Below are positions 6,632-14,540 of a stretch of DNA of 28,493 nt, piece by piece. The notes beneath the pieces are model-generated. The model was not told the DNA's origin. It saw nothing but the letters and a program-made list of their open reading frames with translations, and searched no databases. A program made the translations under genes and the position numbers. The DNA lies in the IMG/VR virus record IMGVR_UViG_3300045125_000127; one strand, 5' to 3'. The DNA is from a virus. How positions within the stretch are numbered: the stretch's first letter is position 1; the number at the start of each line of letters is the position of its first letter.

Positions 6632-6702
6632 CTCGTTCGTCTAACGGTTTAGGACGGCAGATTCTCAATCTGTCAATAGGGGTTCGATTCCCCTACGAGT
6701 CA
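6630..6702 (+). tRNA. tRNA-Glu(CTC)
   Basis: GACTCGT/ACGAGTC, GCAGA-TTCTCAA-TCTGT. Confidence 0.92.
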
Positions 6703-6709
6703 CTGATAC

Positions 6710-6779
6710 GCCCTGTCCGACGGCTGCGGCTCTGGGTCTACGAAACCCGGCTGGAAGGTTCAACTCCTTCACAGGGGTA
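6710..6779 (+). tRNA. tRNA-Arg(ACG), short D arm
   Basis: CTGGGT-CTACGAA-ACCCGG, GAAGG-TTCAACT-CCTTC. Confidence 0.75.
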
Positions 6780-6785
6780 CTGTAT

Positions 6786-6856
6786 GCGGGTGTAGTTTAA
6801 CGGCAAAACTCTTGTCTTCCAAACAAGCGTCGTCGGTTCGACTCCGACTACCCGTA
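6786..6856 (+). tRNA. tRNA-Gly(TCC), A73
   Basis: GCGGGTG/TACCCGT, CTTGT-CTTCCAA-ACAAG. Confidence 0.9.
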
Positions 6857-6867
6857 CTGTTGGTTAT

Positions 6868-6942
6868 GCCCCGTTCGTCTACCGCTTGGCTAGGATTTCT
6901 GTTTTCAAACAGAAGAAGGCGGATCGACACCGCCACGGGGTA
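6868..6942 (+). tRNA. tRNA-Glu(TTC)
   Basis: GCCCCGT/ACGGGGT, TTCTGT-TTTCAA-ACAGAA; T loop ATCGACA. Confidence 0.8.
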
Positions 6943-6946
6943 CTAT

Positions 6947-7018
6947 TGCTTCGTAGCACAATGGTTGTGCGGCCCGCTGTTAACGGGATGGTTGTAGGTT
7001 CGAGTCCTACCGAGGCAG
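6947..7018 (+). tRNA. tRNA-Asn(GTT)
   Basis: TGCTTCG/CGAGGCA-G, CCCG-CTGTTAA-CGGG. Confidence 0.93.
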
Positions 7019-7037
7019 CTTTACTTTTCGGAGGTTT

Positions 7038-7277
7038 GTGTATTCTGTTGAAGTCTTGGTTCACGAAGAAGCCGATAGTCGTGGCTTGATTTGGGTGAAT
7101 GAATCTCAGTCCCGTGAATTCGGTCACGGCATCGCATGGCGGGTCGTTGACAGCCGCCACCGTGAGGTCGGAATTTTCGAGAGCATTAGTGCGGCCAATG
7201 TGTGCCGCAATATGCTAAATAACGTAGTCCAACGTGAAGACTACGAGGCTGCTCACTGTGAACTTGTGGGTGTCTGA
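7038..7277 (+). CDS. hypothetical protein
   Basis: GGAGG SD, GTG start. Confidence 0.65.
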   Translation: MYSVEVLVHEEADSRGLIWVNESQSREFGHGIAWRVVDSRHREVGIFESISAANVCRNMLNNVVQREDYEAAHCELVGV

Positions 7278-7437
7278 TGAATGATTTGCAGCTTGAACAT
7301 TTTGTTCGTTCGATGTTGAGGGACAGCAGCAACACCATGACTACGGACATGATGCTGCTGTGCCTGAAGGTCGATCACAAGTTGACGCTGACGTTCGAGC
7401 GGGTGCGTGACATGCGTATCCGAGTTTTGTCCGAAAC

Positions 7438-7511
7438 GGTCGTGTAGTGTAACGGTTTTCGCACGCAACCCTGTCAAGGTTGTAGAGCGGGTTCGACTCC
7501 CGTCATGACCG
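7438..7511 (+). tRNA. tRNA-Asp(GTC)
   Basis: GGTCGTG/CATGACC-G, CAACC-CTGTCAA-GGTTG. Confidence 0.93.
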
Positions 7512-7546
7512 CTGAAATTTGCACTGTTCAGGTTGCCGTGCAAATG

Positions 7547-7570
7547 TATAATATCCTCGGAGGATATTAT
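7547..7570 (+). promoter_or_regulatory. TATAAT plus SD-sequestering hairpin
   Basis: ATAATATCCTC-G-GAGGATATTAT covers GGAGG and the start codon. Confidence 0.7.
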
Positions 7571-7934
7571 GGCAACCAAAGATATTGAAAAGCGTCGTCA
7601 AAACTGGCGTAACTGGTACGAACGCAACAAAAACAATCCCAAGCACAAGCGGGTTCGGGATTTCGACAAAAAGAGGCGTCGAGAATTAACTGAGTGGATT
7701 GAGTCTCTGAAGGCCGGGATGCAATGCAAAGTGTGTGGTTTCGATCACCCAGCCACTCTTGACTTTCATCATTCAAACCTGAAGAGAAACTGTTCAATGT
7801 AGCTGAGTATGGGTCGTTGGGGTGTTAGCAAGAAGAAGATTTTGGCTGAAATAGAAAAATGCGATGTGTATTGTTGTCGTTGCCATCGTATCTTGCATTA
7901 CAACATGCGACAACAAGATGGTGATGTGGTGTAG
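7569..7934 (+). CDS. HNH homing endonuclease 3 (frameshifted as read)
   Basis: CKVCGFDHPATLDFHH, then EIEKCDVYCCRCHRILH. Confidence 0.8.
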
Positions 7935-7992
7935 TGGTCTGCACGCTACCCTGTCAAGGTAGAAGTGGGGAGTTCAATCCTCCTCATCACCG
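7920..7992 (+). tRNA. tRNA-Asp(GTC)
   Basis: GGTGATG/CATCACC-G, CTACC-CTGTCAA-GGTAG. Confidence 0.88.
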
Positions 7993-7993
7993 C

Positions 7994-8084
7994 TTGCTAC
8001 GGTGGCCGGGTTCGATTCCCGGTCAGGCGATGAGCCGAACTCTTTCCTGTTGCGAAAGCGGCGAAAGTCGGTCGGCCGTAGCAA
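7994..8084 (+). ncRNA. permuted tRNA-like RNA with YrlA/Y-RNA-like topology
   Basis: TTGCTACGG/CCGTAGCAA closing stem, T arm GCCGGG-TTCGATT-CCCGGT first, then CAGG..CCTG hairpin. Confidence 0.6.
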
Positions 8085-8146
8085 ATCACTCTATCGTAGC
8101 TGGGTAGCTGAGTACAGCGCCGGGTATTGCGACCGGTGGGAACTAT

Positions 8147-8224
8147 GTTGGGGAACTAATCAGGGCAAGGTGCCCGGTCAGGCTGCAAACTTGGCTGTCT
8201 GTGGTTCGATTCCACTCCCCAACT
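8147..8224 (+). tRNA. tRNA-Cys(GCA), 8/4 fold
   Basis: GTTGGGGA/TCCCCAAC-T, T stem GTGG/CCAC, loop CTGCAAA. Confidence 0.8.
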
Positions 8225-8307
8225 CTTGGGTAAGCGCCCGATAAAGTATGTGACTCAAAGGGCGGATCGGCTCAGGACGGATGCGAGGCGGGGCTGACCG
8301 TCCAAAC

Positions 8308-8384
8308 GTTGGTGGGACTAACTCCAGGGTATGGGGAACGACTCTGCAAAAGTCGTGTTAGTGGCTCGACTCCACCCACCGACT
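8308..8384 (+). tRNA. tRNA-Cys(GCA), 8/4 fold
   Basis: GTTGGTGG/CCACCGAC-T, GTGG/CCAC, ACGACT-CTGCAAA-AGTCGT. Confidence 0.8.
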
Positions 8385-8429
8385 CTTGTCTGCGAAATAT
8401 TTTTATATTTCGCAGACACTATAATAGGT

Positions 8430-8828
8430 ATGGAAACCAAAAATGTGCAGGTTGCGGCGAGCTTAAACCTCTCGTGGAGTTTAGGCCCAATAAGACCAAG
8501 CGAGACGTTATCAATCATATTGCATTCCATGTGACAAGGAACGACAGAGAATTCATTACCGCAAATAAGCAGCGGTATATCGACAAAGTGCACAAGGCCG
8601 CTCAGAAAGGTCTGAGTGGTGGAGAGAGTATAGAAAACTCTGAAATGCAATCGGTGCCCTGAAAACCATCCTGGCTGTTTGCAGTTTCACCACCGTGGAT
8701 CCTGAACAGAAGAAATGGCTTTATCGCAAGCCATCAGGCGATGGTCTGCTAACCGGGTTATGGACGAGGTGGCAAAGTGTGAGGTTCTATGTGCTAACTG
8801 CCACTTCAAAGAGCATTGGAAAGATTGA
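8430..8828 (+). CDS. HNH homing endonuclease 4 (frameshifted as read)
   Basis: KCAGCGELKP, CPENHPGCLQFHH, EVAKCEVLCANCHFKEH. Confidence 0.78.
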
Positions 8829-9049
8829 TGTCTACTGAAGAATTGACGACGTACTACAACGACGTGATCCAGCGGTTCTACGAGATGTACGAACCGCACC
8901 GATACGAACAGGTGTGCGGCTACGAGACGGACGACGGCAAGAAGATCGTCGTATTTCAGAACCGTATTGCGAAGCGACCGGTTCATGTGTATTTGAATGA
9001 TAAAGGCAATTTGATGCCTTATTTTCCCGCCCCGTTAGACATCTGGTGA
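8828..9049 (+). CDS. hypothetical protein
   Basis: TGATG coupling to the upstream gene; 3' end overlaps a tRNA. Confidence 0.65.
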   Translation: MSTEELTTYYNDVIQRFYEMYEPHRYEQVCGYETDDGKKIVVFQNRIAKRPVHVYLNDKGNLMPYFPAPLDIW

Positions 9050-9101
9050 TGTCACAAGCCTCTCAAGCTTGGTAGGTCCGGTTCAAATCCGGCACGGGGT
9101 A
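9029..9101 (+). tRNA. tRNA-Glu(CTC)
   Basis: GCCCCGT/ACGGGGT, CAAGC-CTCTCAA-GCTTG. Confidence 0.88.
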
Positions 9102-9127
9102 CTGTCTCTAACAACGAGGATACGATT

Positions 9128-9861
9128 ATGGTGCGTCTTTGGGAAGGCTTTGTGCGGGTTTAGACCCACTGGCCGTTTGCATTTAGGTCACTATTTCAGC
9201 GTGATCCGGCCCGGTCAAAAAGGGCGTCGAGGTGCTGGTTGCAAATTACCACGCACCGGAAGAACAGAACCTTGACGGTGCGGTTGCCGCACTGCACAAG
9301 TACGGGGTTGAAAACATCCGTCTGCAAAAGGACGTGTTCAACCCGCAACTGTACTTCCAACTGCTGACGCTCGCCAAGACCGGCGATCTGGGTCGAATGA
9401 CTCAGTACAAGTCGGCACCGGAAGAAGACCGCACCGGTCAGTTGATGACTTACCCGGTTCTGATGGCTCACGACGTAGTGGGCTACACCGAAGTGTACGT
9501 CGGAGCGGATCAGGAGCAACACCTGCAATACGCCAGAAAGTTAATTCGGGCGTACAACAGCAAGTTCAAGACCGAGTACCCGATCCCGATGCCGGTGATC
9601 GTGGTGGGAGCGTGTCAAGGACTTGCGGGAACCCGACAAGAAGATGTCGAAGTCTTCTCCGGCCGGGTGCCTGTTTTTGGACGATAAGCCCGACGACGTT
9701 CGACACAAGCTACGCAAAGCCACTGCCGACGAAGCGGGACTTGAGAACTTGAAGTTCCTGTACGGCGAGTTTGTGGGCGGCGAGGTTCCGACGAGCAACA
9801 AAGACTTGAAGGAACAGTTGGCGGAAAAATCATCGAGAAGTTGTTGCACCAACCGGGATGA
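9128..9861 (+). CDS. trpS: compact tryptophanyl-tRNA synthetase (frameshifted as read)
   Basis: GFRPTGRLHLGHY (HIGH), YPVLMAHD, VGADQEQH, KMSKS. Confidence 0.88.
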
Positions 9862-9870
9862 TCGCCGTCT
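9840..9870 (+). promoter_or_regulatory. bipartite promoter motif copy 6
   Basis: GTTGTTGCACC-N14-CCGTCT. Confidence 0.65.
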
Positions 9871-9892
9871 GGTCAGCAGAAGGGAGAAAACG

Positions 9893-10134
9893 ATGCATGA
9901 CCTGTGGAAATTGCAAGCCGGTTGCGGTTCGAGCGTGGCTTACTGCTGCCGACCGAAGGGGAATTTGAGACTCCCCGGCTGAAAGAGATTGCCGTTCGGA
10001 TGCACGAAATTGCAGTCGAACAAGCGAAGTTGGACGAAGAAATTCGCCAGTTGGTCGCAGACCGACAGGCGGCAAAGAACGTCTCGGCTCAGACCGAACG
10101 TGGGACGAGCCGGAGTGATTTACAGGGGCGGTGA
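9893..10134 (+). CDS. hypothetical coiled-coil protein; start uncertain
   Basis: GGGAG SD at about 9882; ORF 9904-10134. Confidence 0.5.
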
Positions 10135-10205
10135 ACCTGGGAGTTCATGCGGTTTCCAAAACCGCTGGCCTTAGTGCCTATGGGGTTCGATTCCTCACGC
10201 TCCTG
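10124..10205 (+). tRNA. atypical tRNA-Trp(CCA) with 6-bp D stem and enlarged variable arm
   Basis: AGGGGCG/CGCTCCT-G, GTGAAC/GTTCAT, GCGGT-TTCCAAA-ACCGC, GGC-CTTAGT-GCC. Confidence 0.8.
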
Positions 10206-10266
10206 CTTTGAACCTCCATGCCTCTGATTGGCGTGGGCCAACATGCACACTTTGGGGTTGTTTTAT

Positions 10267-10455
10267 ATGGTTGTCGTTTTGCAGTGGTACTACAACGAAC
10301 GGGACGGTCGGGCCATTATCCCCGAAATAACGGGCGTGTTCGGGCCGTTCGCCGACAAAGCTGCCGCCGACAAGTGGTTGGAAACTGCGTCAACGTGGGG
10401 CGGTTGGGGCCGCTACGAGTATCAGGTCGAAAGCCTGTATACGCCAGAAAATTGA
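10267..10455 (+). CDS. hypothetical protein
   Basis: MVVVLQWYYN..., GVFGPF motif. Confidence 0.6.
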   Translation: MVVVLQWYYNERDGRAIIPEITGVFGPFADKAAADKWLETASTWGGWGRYEYQVESLYTPEN

Positions 10456-10464
10456 TTGGAAAAT

Positions 10465-10533
10465 GGGGTCGCACGCTGGTGCTGACTTGTGCCTTGCAAG
10501 CACGATGAAAGGGTTCGATTCCCTTCGATTCCA
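10465..10533 (+). tRNA. tRNA-Ala(TGC), short D arm
   Basis: GGGGTCG/CGATTCC-A with G3:U70, TGTGC-CTTGCAA-GCACG. Confidence 0.8.
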
Positions 10534-10559
10534 CTGAACCTTGTTTTTTGGAGTGTGTC

Positions 10560-10805
10560 ATGCTGTAGGTTGAAGATTGTCGAGATGTCGTGTTCCATTT
10601 CAACAAGGCGTCCGTGACGGACCCTAGCATCCCTTCGTGGGTGTTGAAGTTCAAGGGCCAGACTTACTACGTCAAGCACGTCACGGCGAATGCGCCGTGG
10701 AGTACGAAGGAAACTCCAGACAACCCTTCGACCAAGGGCTGCTCTGAAGTTCAAGAACGTGACCGTAGAAATTGACGACGACAACTGTGCAGAGATTCGA
10801 TCCAA
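10560..10805 (+). CDS. phage hypothetical protein (frameshifted; ends approximate)
   Basis: FHFNKAS...WVLKFKGQTYYVKHV...KETPDNPSTKG then ALKFKNV. Confidence 0.55.
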
Positions 10806-11026
10806 TGGCAAGAAAGAATCACGAGAAGCCGAACCTGCCGAAGCCGGGCGATGTCCAGTTGGTGAACTGGTTGCCTCGTGACATTCGGCTCGGCAGCGAC
10901 GATCAGAAGGGCACCATGCTTTACGGCTGGTGCGAAACGACCGAAACCCGTCAACTGTGGGAAGTGGTTGAGGGCGGGCATTCTGCGAAAGCCAAATTTG
11001 TAGGCTTCGTTGTAAATGAGGCATGA
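10805..11026 (+). CDS. hypothetical protein
   Basis: ORF coupled to the next gene by ATGA overlap. Confidence 0.6.
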   Translation: MARKNHEKPNLPKPGDVQLVNWLPRDIRLGSDDQKGTMLYGWCETTETRQLWEVVEGGHSAKAKFVGFVVNEA

Positions 11027-11472
11027 CGATGGAACTGCCCGTTCTGAAAGAAATGGTCGAAGAGTTTCAGTGCCCCGGCTGTACGCTCGGCAGTAATACC
11101 AAAATGTGGATCGTTCGTCCCGAATTCCGACGGGATGGACGCGCAATGTGTAACAACCACAGTGCCGGGACGTTTATGGGGGGCATCGGTTGTATCCAAT
11201 TGGGTCTTCCCAAGGGATTCTGCCGGGTTCGCAAGCCGAGTCTTATCGGCACGAAGAACTACACGAACATTCGGCTGCACGATAAGCCGGAAACGTATCG
11301 ACCCGACCACTTGAATGTGGCGGTGTGGGCGATGGAAAAGGACGGTTACTTGTTCGTCCGCACCTACAGCCCACGGATTGATGCAACGTTCGTTGACGTG
11401 ATTAAAGGCGGCAAGTTGGATTTGGTTCCCAATGCCGTCAACGTCGGCGAGTTCATTGACGATATTGATTGA
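11023..11472 (+). CDS. hypothetical protein
   Basis: 149-aa ORF with a CPGC motif. Confidence 0.75.
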   Translation: MTMELPVLKEMVEEFQCPGCTLGSNTKMWIVRPEFRRDGRAMCNNHSAGTFMGGIGCIQLGLPKGFCRVRKPSLIGTKNYTNIRLHDKPETYRPDHLNVAVWAMEKDGYLFVRTYSPRIDATFVDVIKGGKLDLVPNAVNVGEFIDDID

Positions 11473-11505
11473 TCGTGTATAAATATCCTGTACTCAAGGA
11501 GGATC

Positions 11506-12060
11506 ATGAACAGGATATTTTTAGATGTCGGCAGTCACAACGGCGATACCGTTCGTTTGTTCCGGAGACAAGTTCCCAGAGGGCGGGGAGTTCGAGGTTC
11601 ATTGCTTCGAGCCTAACCCTCAGTTTGCAGACTGCTACGCCGATTTGGGGGTGCATTACCACCCCGTAGCGGCTTGGATCGAAAATGCGACTAGGGATTT
11701 TTATCTCGGCGGTGCCGACATGGTGGGCAGTTCGCTCCTGACGACAAAAGTGTCTAGGAAGCGACTCGACTACGAGAACCCGATCAAAGTCGTCTGCATT
11801 GATTTTGCAGAGTGGTTGTCGGCCAATATTCCACCTGAATCTTATGTCGTGTTGAAACTCGACATAGAGGGTGCAGAATATGATGTGGTGCCTCACCTGA
11901 TTAACTTCAGGGGCAATCAAGCTTGTCAACTTGTTGTTTGTTGACTGGCACGTTCGCAGGATGCACGGCGTAAGCAAAAAACAGCACCACAGTTTGATTG
12001 ATAATTTGGCGGCAATTGGTCTGCGACCGCATTTGATGTGCGGCGAGACAGGTAAAATAG
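11506..12060 (+). CDS. FkbM-family SAM methyltransferase (frameshifted as read)
   Basis: AGGAGG SD; IFLDVGSHNG, CFEPNP, VLKLDIEGAEY. Confidence 0.85.
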
Positions 12061-12068
12061 AATAGACG

Positions 12069-12140
12069 CGCCCGTTCCGCTAACGGTTAGGCGACCGGAC
12101 TTTCAATCCGGCAATAGGGGTCTGATTCCCCTACGGGCTA
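12069..12140 (+). tRNA. tRNA-Glu(TTC)
   Basis: GCCCGT/ACGGGC, CCGGA-CTTTCAA-TCCGG. Confidence 0.85.
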
Positions 12141-12153
12141 CTTGGTTTAGAAT

Positions 12154-12308
12154 GTGCCAGTAGTGGAGAGTTCACGCCAACCGCCCGTTGTCACGGCAAC
12201 CGGATTAAGTTCCGAGTTCGTGGAACATGCTAAGGGGTTGTGGGTTCATAACGGTAGCACGCCGCCTTTCTACGGCGGAAGAACGGGTTCTGAGTCCCGT
12301 CTGGTACA
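12154..12308 (+). ncRNA. Glu-like tRNA body (loop TTTCTAC as read) with ~83-nt D-arm insert
   Basis: GTGCCAG/CTGGTAC-A; TAGTG-[12166-12248]-TAACGGTAGCAC; CCGCC/GGCGG stem. Confidence 0.82.
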
Positions 12309-12321
12309 CTGTGATGAATAT

Positions 12322-12472
12322 GCGGGGATGGTGTAACGACCCCCTGTGAATACGGGCCGAGCGGCCACCGGTTATTTCCGAGTTCACCGGTCGTCAGATA
12401 ACACAGGTAGGGAGAGTCAACACGCTACCTTTGAGGGTAGATATGTAGGTGCGAATCCTGCTCCCCGCACCA
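12322..12472 (+). ncRNA. tRNA body with ~77-nt D-loop insert and encoded CCA; anticodon ambiguous
   Basis: GCGGGGA/TCCCCGC-ACCA; TGGTGTAACG-[12339-12415]-GTCAACAC; CTACC/GGTAG. Confidence 0.85.
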
Positions 12473-12482
12473 ATCCAGCCTT

Positions 12483-12608
12483 GGCGGATCGTTAGTGTAA
12501 AATATTCCCCCATTGGGAATATCCCAACACGCTCGCACCGAAGTCGGCGGTGGCATAACGATCAAAACGAGAGATACAGGGATGAAAAACCTGTACGATC
12601 CGCCTCCA
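12483..12608 (+). ncRNA. tRNA-like RNA with 10-bp acceptor stem, inserts in D and anticodon loops, and TCCA end
   Basis: GGCGGATCGT/ACGATCCGCC; ATATTCCC/GGGAATAT; CTCG/CGAG; ACAGG/CCTGT. Confidence 0.72.
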
Positions 12609-12655
12609 TCTGGGGTTTTGTTTGCCGGTTCCCATTTGAAAAACCGGCTATTTAT

Positions 12656-12728
12656 GGTGTGCGTAGTGTAGTGGTCTGCACGAAAGTTTGTGGAACTTTA
12701 AGTGCGGGTTCGATCCCCGTCGCACACC
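12656..12728 (+). tRNA. tRNA-His(GTG) with G-1:C73
   Basis: G-GTGTGCG/CGCACAC-C, AAAGT-TTGTGGA-ACTTT. Confidence 0.95.
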
Positions 12729-12777
12729 CTTGACAATTTGTGAATTTGGAGATACGATTGTCGTATAAAGGGTTTAT

Positions 12778-13263
12778 ATGACAATATCAAATTCAGATTT
12801 GTGTTGGCTCGCAGGTTATTTAGAGGGGGAGGGTTCTTTTAGTTGTGGCCCACCGAGTAAACCTGGGCAGCCTGTGATATCTGTTTCGTCAACGGATGAA
12901 GACATTATAGCTCGTGTTGCTTTGCTGTGGGGTGTAAATTATTCTGAAGCGAAGCGAAAAAAGAAGAACCCCAAACATAAATTGGCTTGGACTGTTCAAA
13001 AGCGAAGTTATCCTGCTGTTCAGTTGATGTTATTGCTCAGGCCAATAATGAGCAACCGACGACAGCAGGCTATCGACAAAGCCGTAGCCTCCTATTTGAA
13101 ACATGGCACGAAAAGACGATTGTTACCAGAGGAAGTGGAAACGATCAGGGCAATGTGCAAAACGGTTATGTCTCAAAAAGAAATTGGCAAACAATTTGGC
13201 GTCTCACGAGAGACAGTAAATAAAATCAAGAATGGGAAATTCCATTCCTACAAAGAACCGTAG
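12778..13263 (+). CDS. LAGLIDADG endonuclease with C-terminal HTH
   Basis: WLAGYLEGEGSF; SQKEIGKQFGVSRETVNKIKNG; TTGACA-17-TACGAT upstream. Confidence 0.85.
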   Translation: MTISNSDLCWLAGYLEGEGSFSCGPPSKPGQPVISVSSTDEDIIARVALLWGVNYSEAKRKKKNPKHKLAWTVQKRSYPAVQLMLLLRPIMSNRRQQAIDKAVASYLKHGTKRRLLPEEVETIRAMCKTVMSQKEIGKQFGVSRETVNKIKNGKFHSYKEP

Positions 13264-13516
13264 CTGGTGCTGAGTTGAAGCGGTTCCGGTGTTCGTGAGA
13301 CGCCGGGTAAAGCTGAAGTTGCCTAGAGCCGCCCGTAAAGAGAAGTGCCGACGGGAGCGACCGATGAGCGAAACCCCAGGCATGTGGTCCGGCTTATTCC
13401 CACAAAATGGGAGCGAGGCACAGGGGCACGAAGTTCACGGAAGCTAAGATCGTCGGAGGGGACTTAGACATTCTGATCGGCGGTGTCGCAGTGGCACAAA
13501 ACCGCTAGTCGATCAA
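13264..13516 (+). ncRNA. structured ncRNA candidate (~250 nt)
   Basis: ORF-free; CCGGTGT/ACGCCGG, CCCGT/ACGGG, TTCCCA/TGGGAG, TGATCGGC..GTCGATCA helices. Confidence 0.55.
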
Positions 13517-13520
13517 AAAT

Positions 13521-13592
13521 GACGGTGTGGCAGATTGGATATGCACTTGTTTCATACGCAGGTTCAAGTGGGTTCGATTCCCACCGCCGTCA
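13521..13592 (+). tRNA. tRNA(CAT), Met or Ile2
   Basis: GACGGTG/CGCCGTC-A, CTTGT-TTCATAC-GCAGG. Confidence 0.87.
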
Positions 13593-13596
13593 CTAT

Positions 13597-13671
13597 TGCC
13601 GAGGATTGAGTGCTGGTACTCTTGTCTGCCTCTGAAGCAGAATGACACAGGTTCGATTCCTGTCTCGGCAA
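13597..13671 (+). tRNA. tRNA-Gln(CTG), atypical D arm
   Basis: TGCCGAG/CTCGGCA, TCTGC-CTCTGAA-GCAGA. Confidence 0.85.
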
Positions 13672-13682
13672 CTGTTAGTTAT

Positions 13683-13757
13683 TCCGGGTGATTGAGTGCT
13701 GGTACTCTTCCCACGCTTTGAACGTGGTGGTCAGTGGTTCGATTCCACTACCCGGAA
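13683..13757 (+). tRNA. tRNA-Gln(TTG), atypical D arm
   Basis: TCCGGGT/ACCCGGA, CCACG-CTTTGAA-CGTGG. Confidence 0.85.
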
Positions 13758-13764
13758 CTTGTTA

Positions 13765-13835
13765 GGGTCCGTAGTGTAATGGTAACATTCCGGTTTCCAA
13801 AACCGTCGTTGGGGGTTCGAGTCCCTCCGGGCCTG
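13765..13835 (+). tRNA. tRNA-Trp(CCA)
   Basis: GGGTCCG/CGGGCCT-G, CGGT-TTCCAAA-ACCG. Confidence 0.9.
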
Positions 13836-13885
13836 CTTTACAACGGCTGAATTTCGTGGTATTATGGCTCTCATAGGGGGAACAT

Positions 13886-14101
13886 ATGCCGAAACAGCCG
13901 TCGAAAAAACCGGTGGAATCGGTTTACAAGCCGTTGCGGGCAAACCCTTTGTTCGCCGGGGAGTGCGACTGTCTCGGCTGGTGCAACAAGCGATTTTTCA
14001 GCCCGGACAAACGGCGGTATCGCTACTGTAAAAAGTGCCAATCCAAGAAGGATGCTGAGGCACGGAAAATGTCAAACATCCTTCACCGATTGGAGCGATG
14101 A
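13886..14101 (+). CDS. small zinc-finger protein
   Basis: CLGWC...YCKKC; GGGGG SD-like. Confidence 0.7.
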   Translation: MPKQPSKKPVESVYKPLRANPLFAGECDCLGWCNKRFFSPDKRRYRYCKKCQSKKDAEARKMSNILHRLER

Positions 14102-14460
14102 TGGCAAAGGCAAAGAAAACGGCGGGCACAAAGGCACGGCGAAAGTCGTTCACCCCGCTCTGCTATGGGGTCATTGCCGTTTTGGTCGAAAACCCGACGG
14201 CCGTATTCGCCCTCACGCAACAGCGTGTGGCAGAACGAATGGTAAGTTACGGCTGGCTGACACAGTGGACGATCACTCGTCCTGAAACTGCCGGTTCGTA
14301 CACATACGATGCCGAGTTCACGAACTTCGTACCGACGGAAGAAGGGTTGCGGTTGTTCGGGGATTTGAACAAGTTGGTCAAGGAAGTCAACCCGGACGAC
14401 GTGAAGAAGGCGATACAGGGCGAACGGTATAAGCAGTGGTTGAAAAGAAAATTGAAATGA
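14098..14460 (+). CDS. hypothetical protein
   Basis: GGAG SD, ATGA coupling. Confidence 0.75.
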   Translation: MMAKAKKTAGTKARRKSFTPLCYGVIAVLVENPTAVFALTQQRVAERMVSYGWLTQWTITRPETAGSYTYDAEFTNFVPTEEGLRLFGDLNKLVKEVNPDDVKKAIQGERYKQWLKRKLK

Positions 14461-14466
14461 AAGTGT

Positions 14467-14538
14467 GCGGGTGTAACTCAGTGGTAGAGTACCTCGTTGC
14501 CAACGAGGTTGTCGTGGGTTCAAGTCCCATCACCCGCT
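14467..14538 (+). tRNA. tRNA-Gly(GCC)
   Basis: Canonical cloverleaf; CCTCG-TTGCCAA-CGAGG. Confidence 0.96.
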
Positions 14539-14540
14539 CT

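Noticed and set aside
10124-10205. tRNA-Sec
   Set aside because: The anticodon is CCA, not TCA, and the acceptor/T arrangement is 7/5
12260-12280. Amber suppressor or stop-codon recoding (CTA in loop TTTCTAC)
   Set aside because: In a 7-nt register the anticodon is TCT, the stem is Glu-like, and TAG is used as a normal stop (13263, 15269, 18456)
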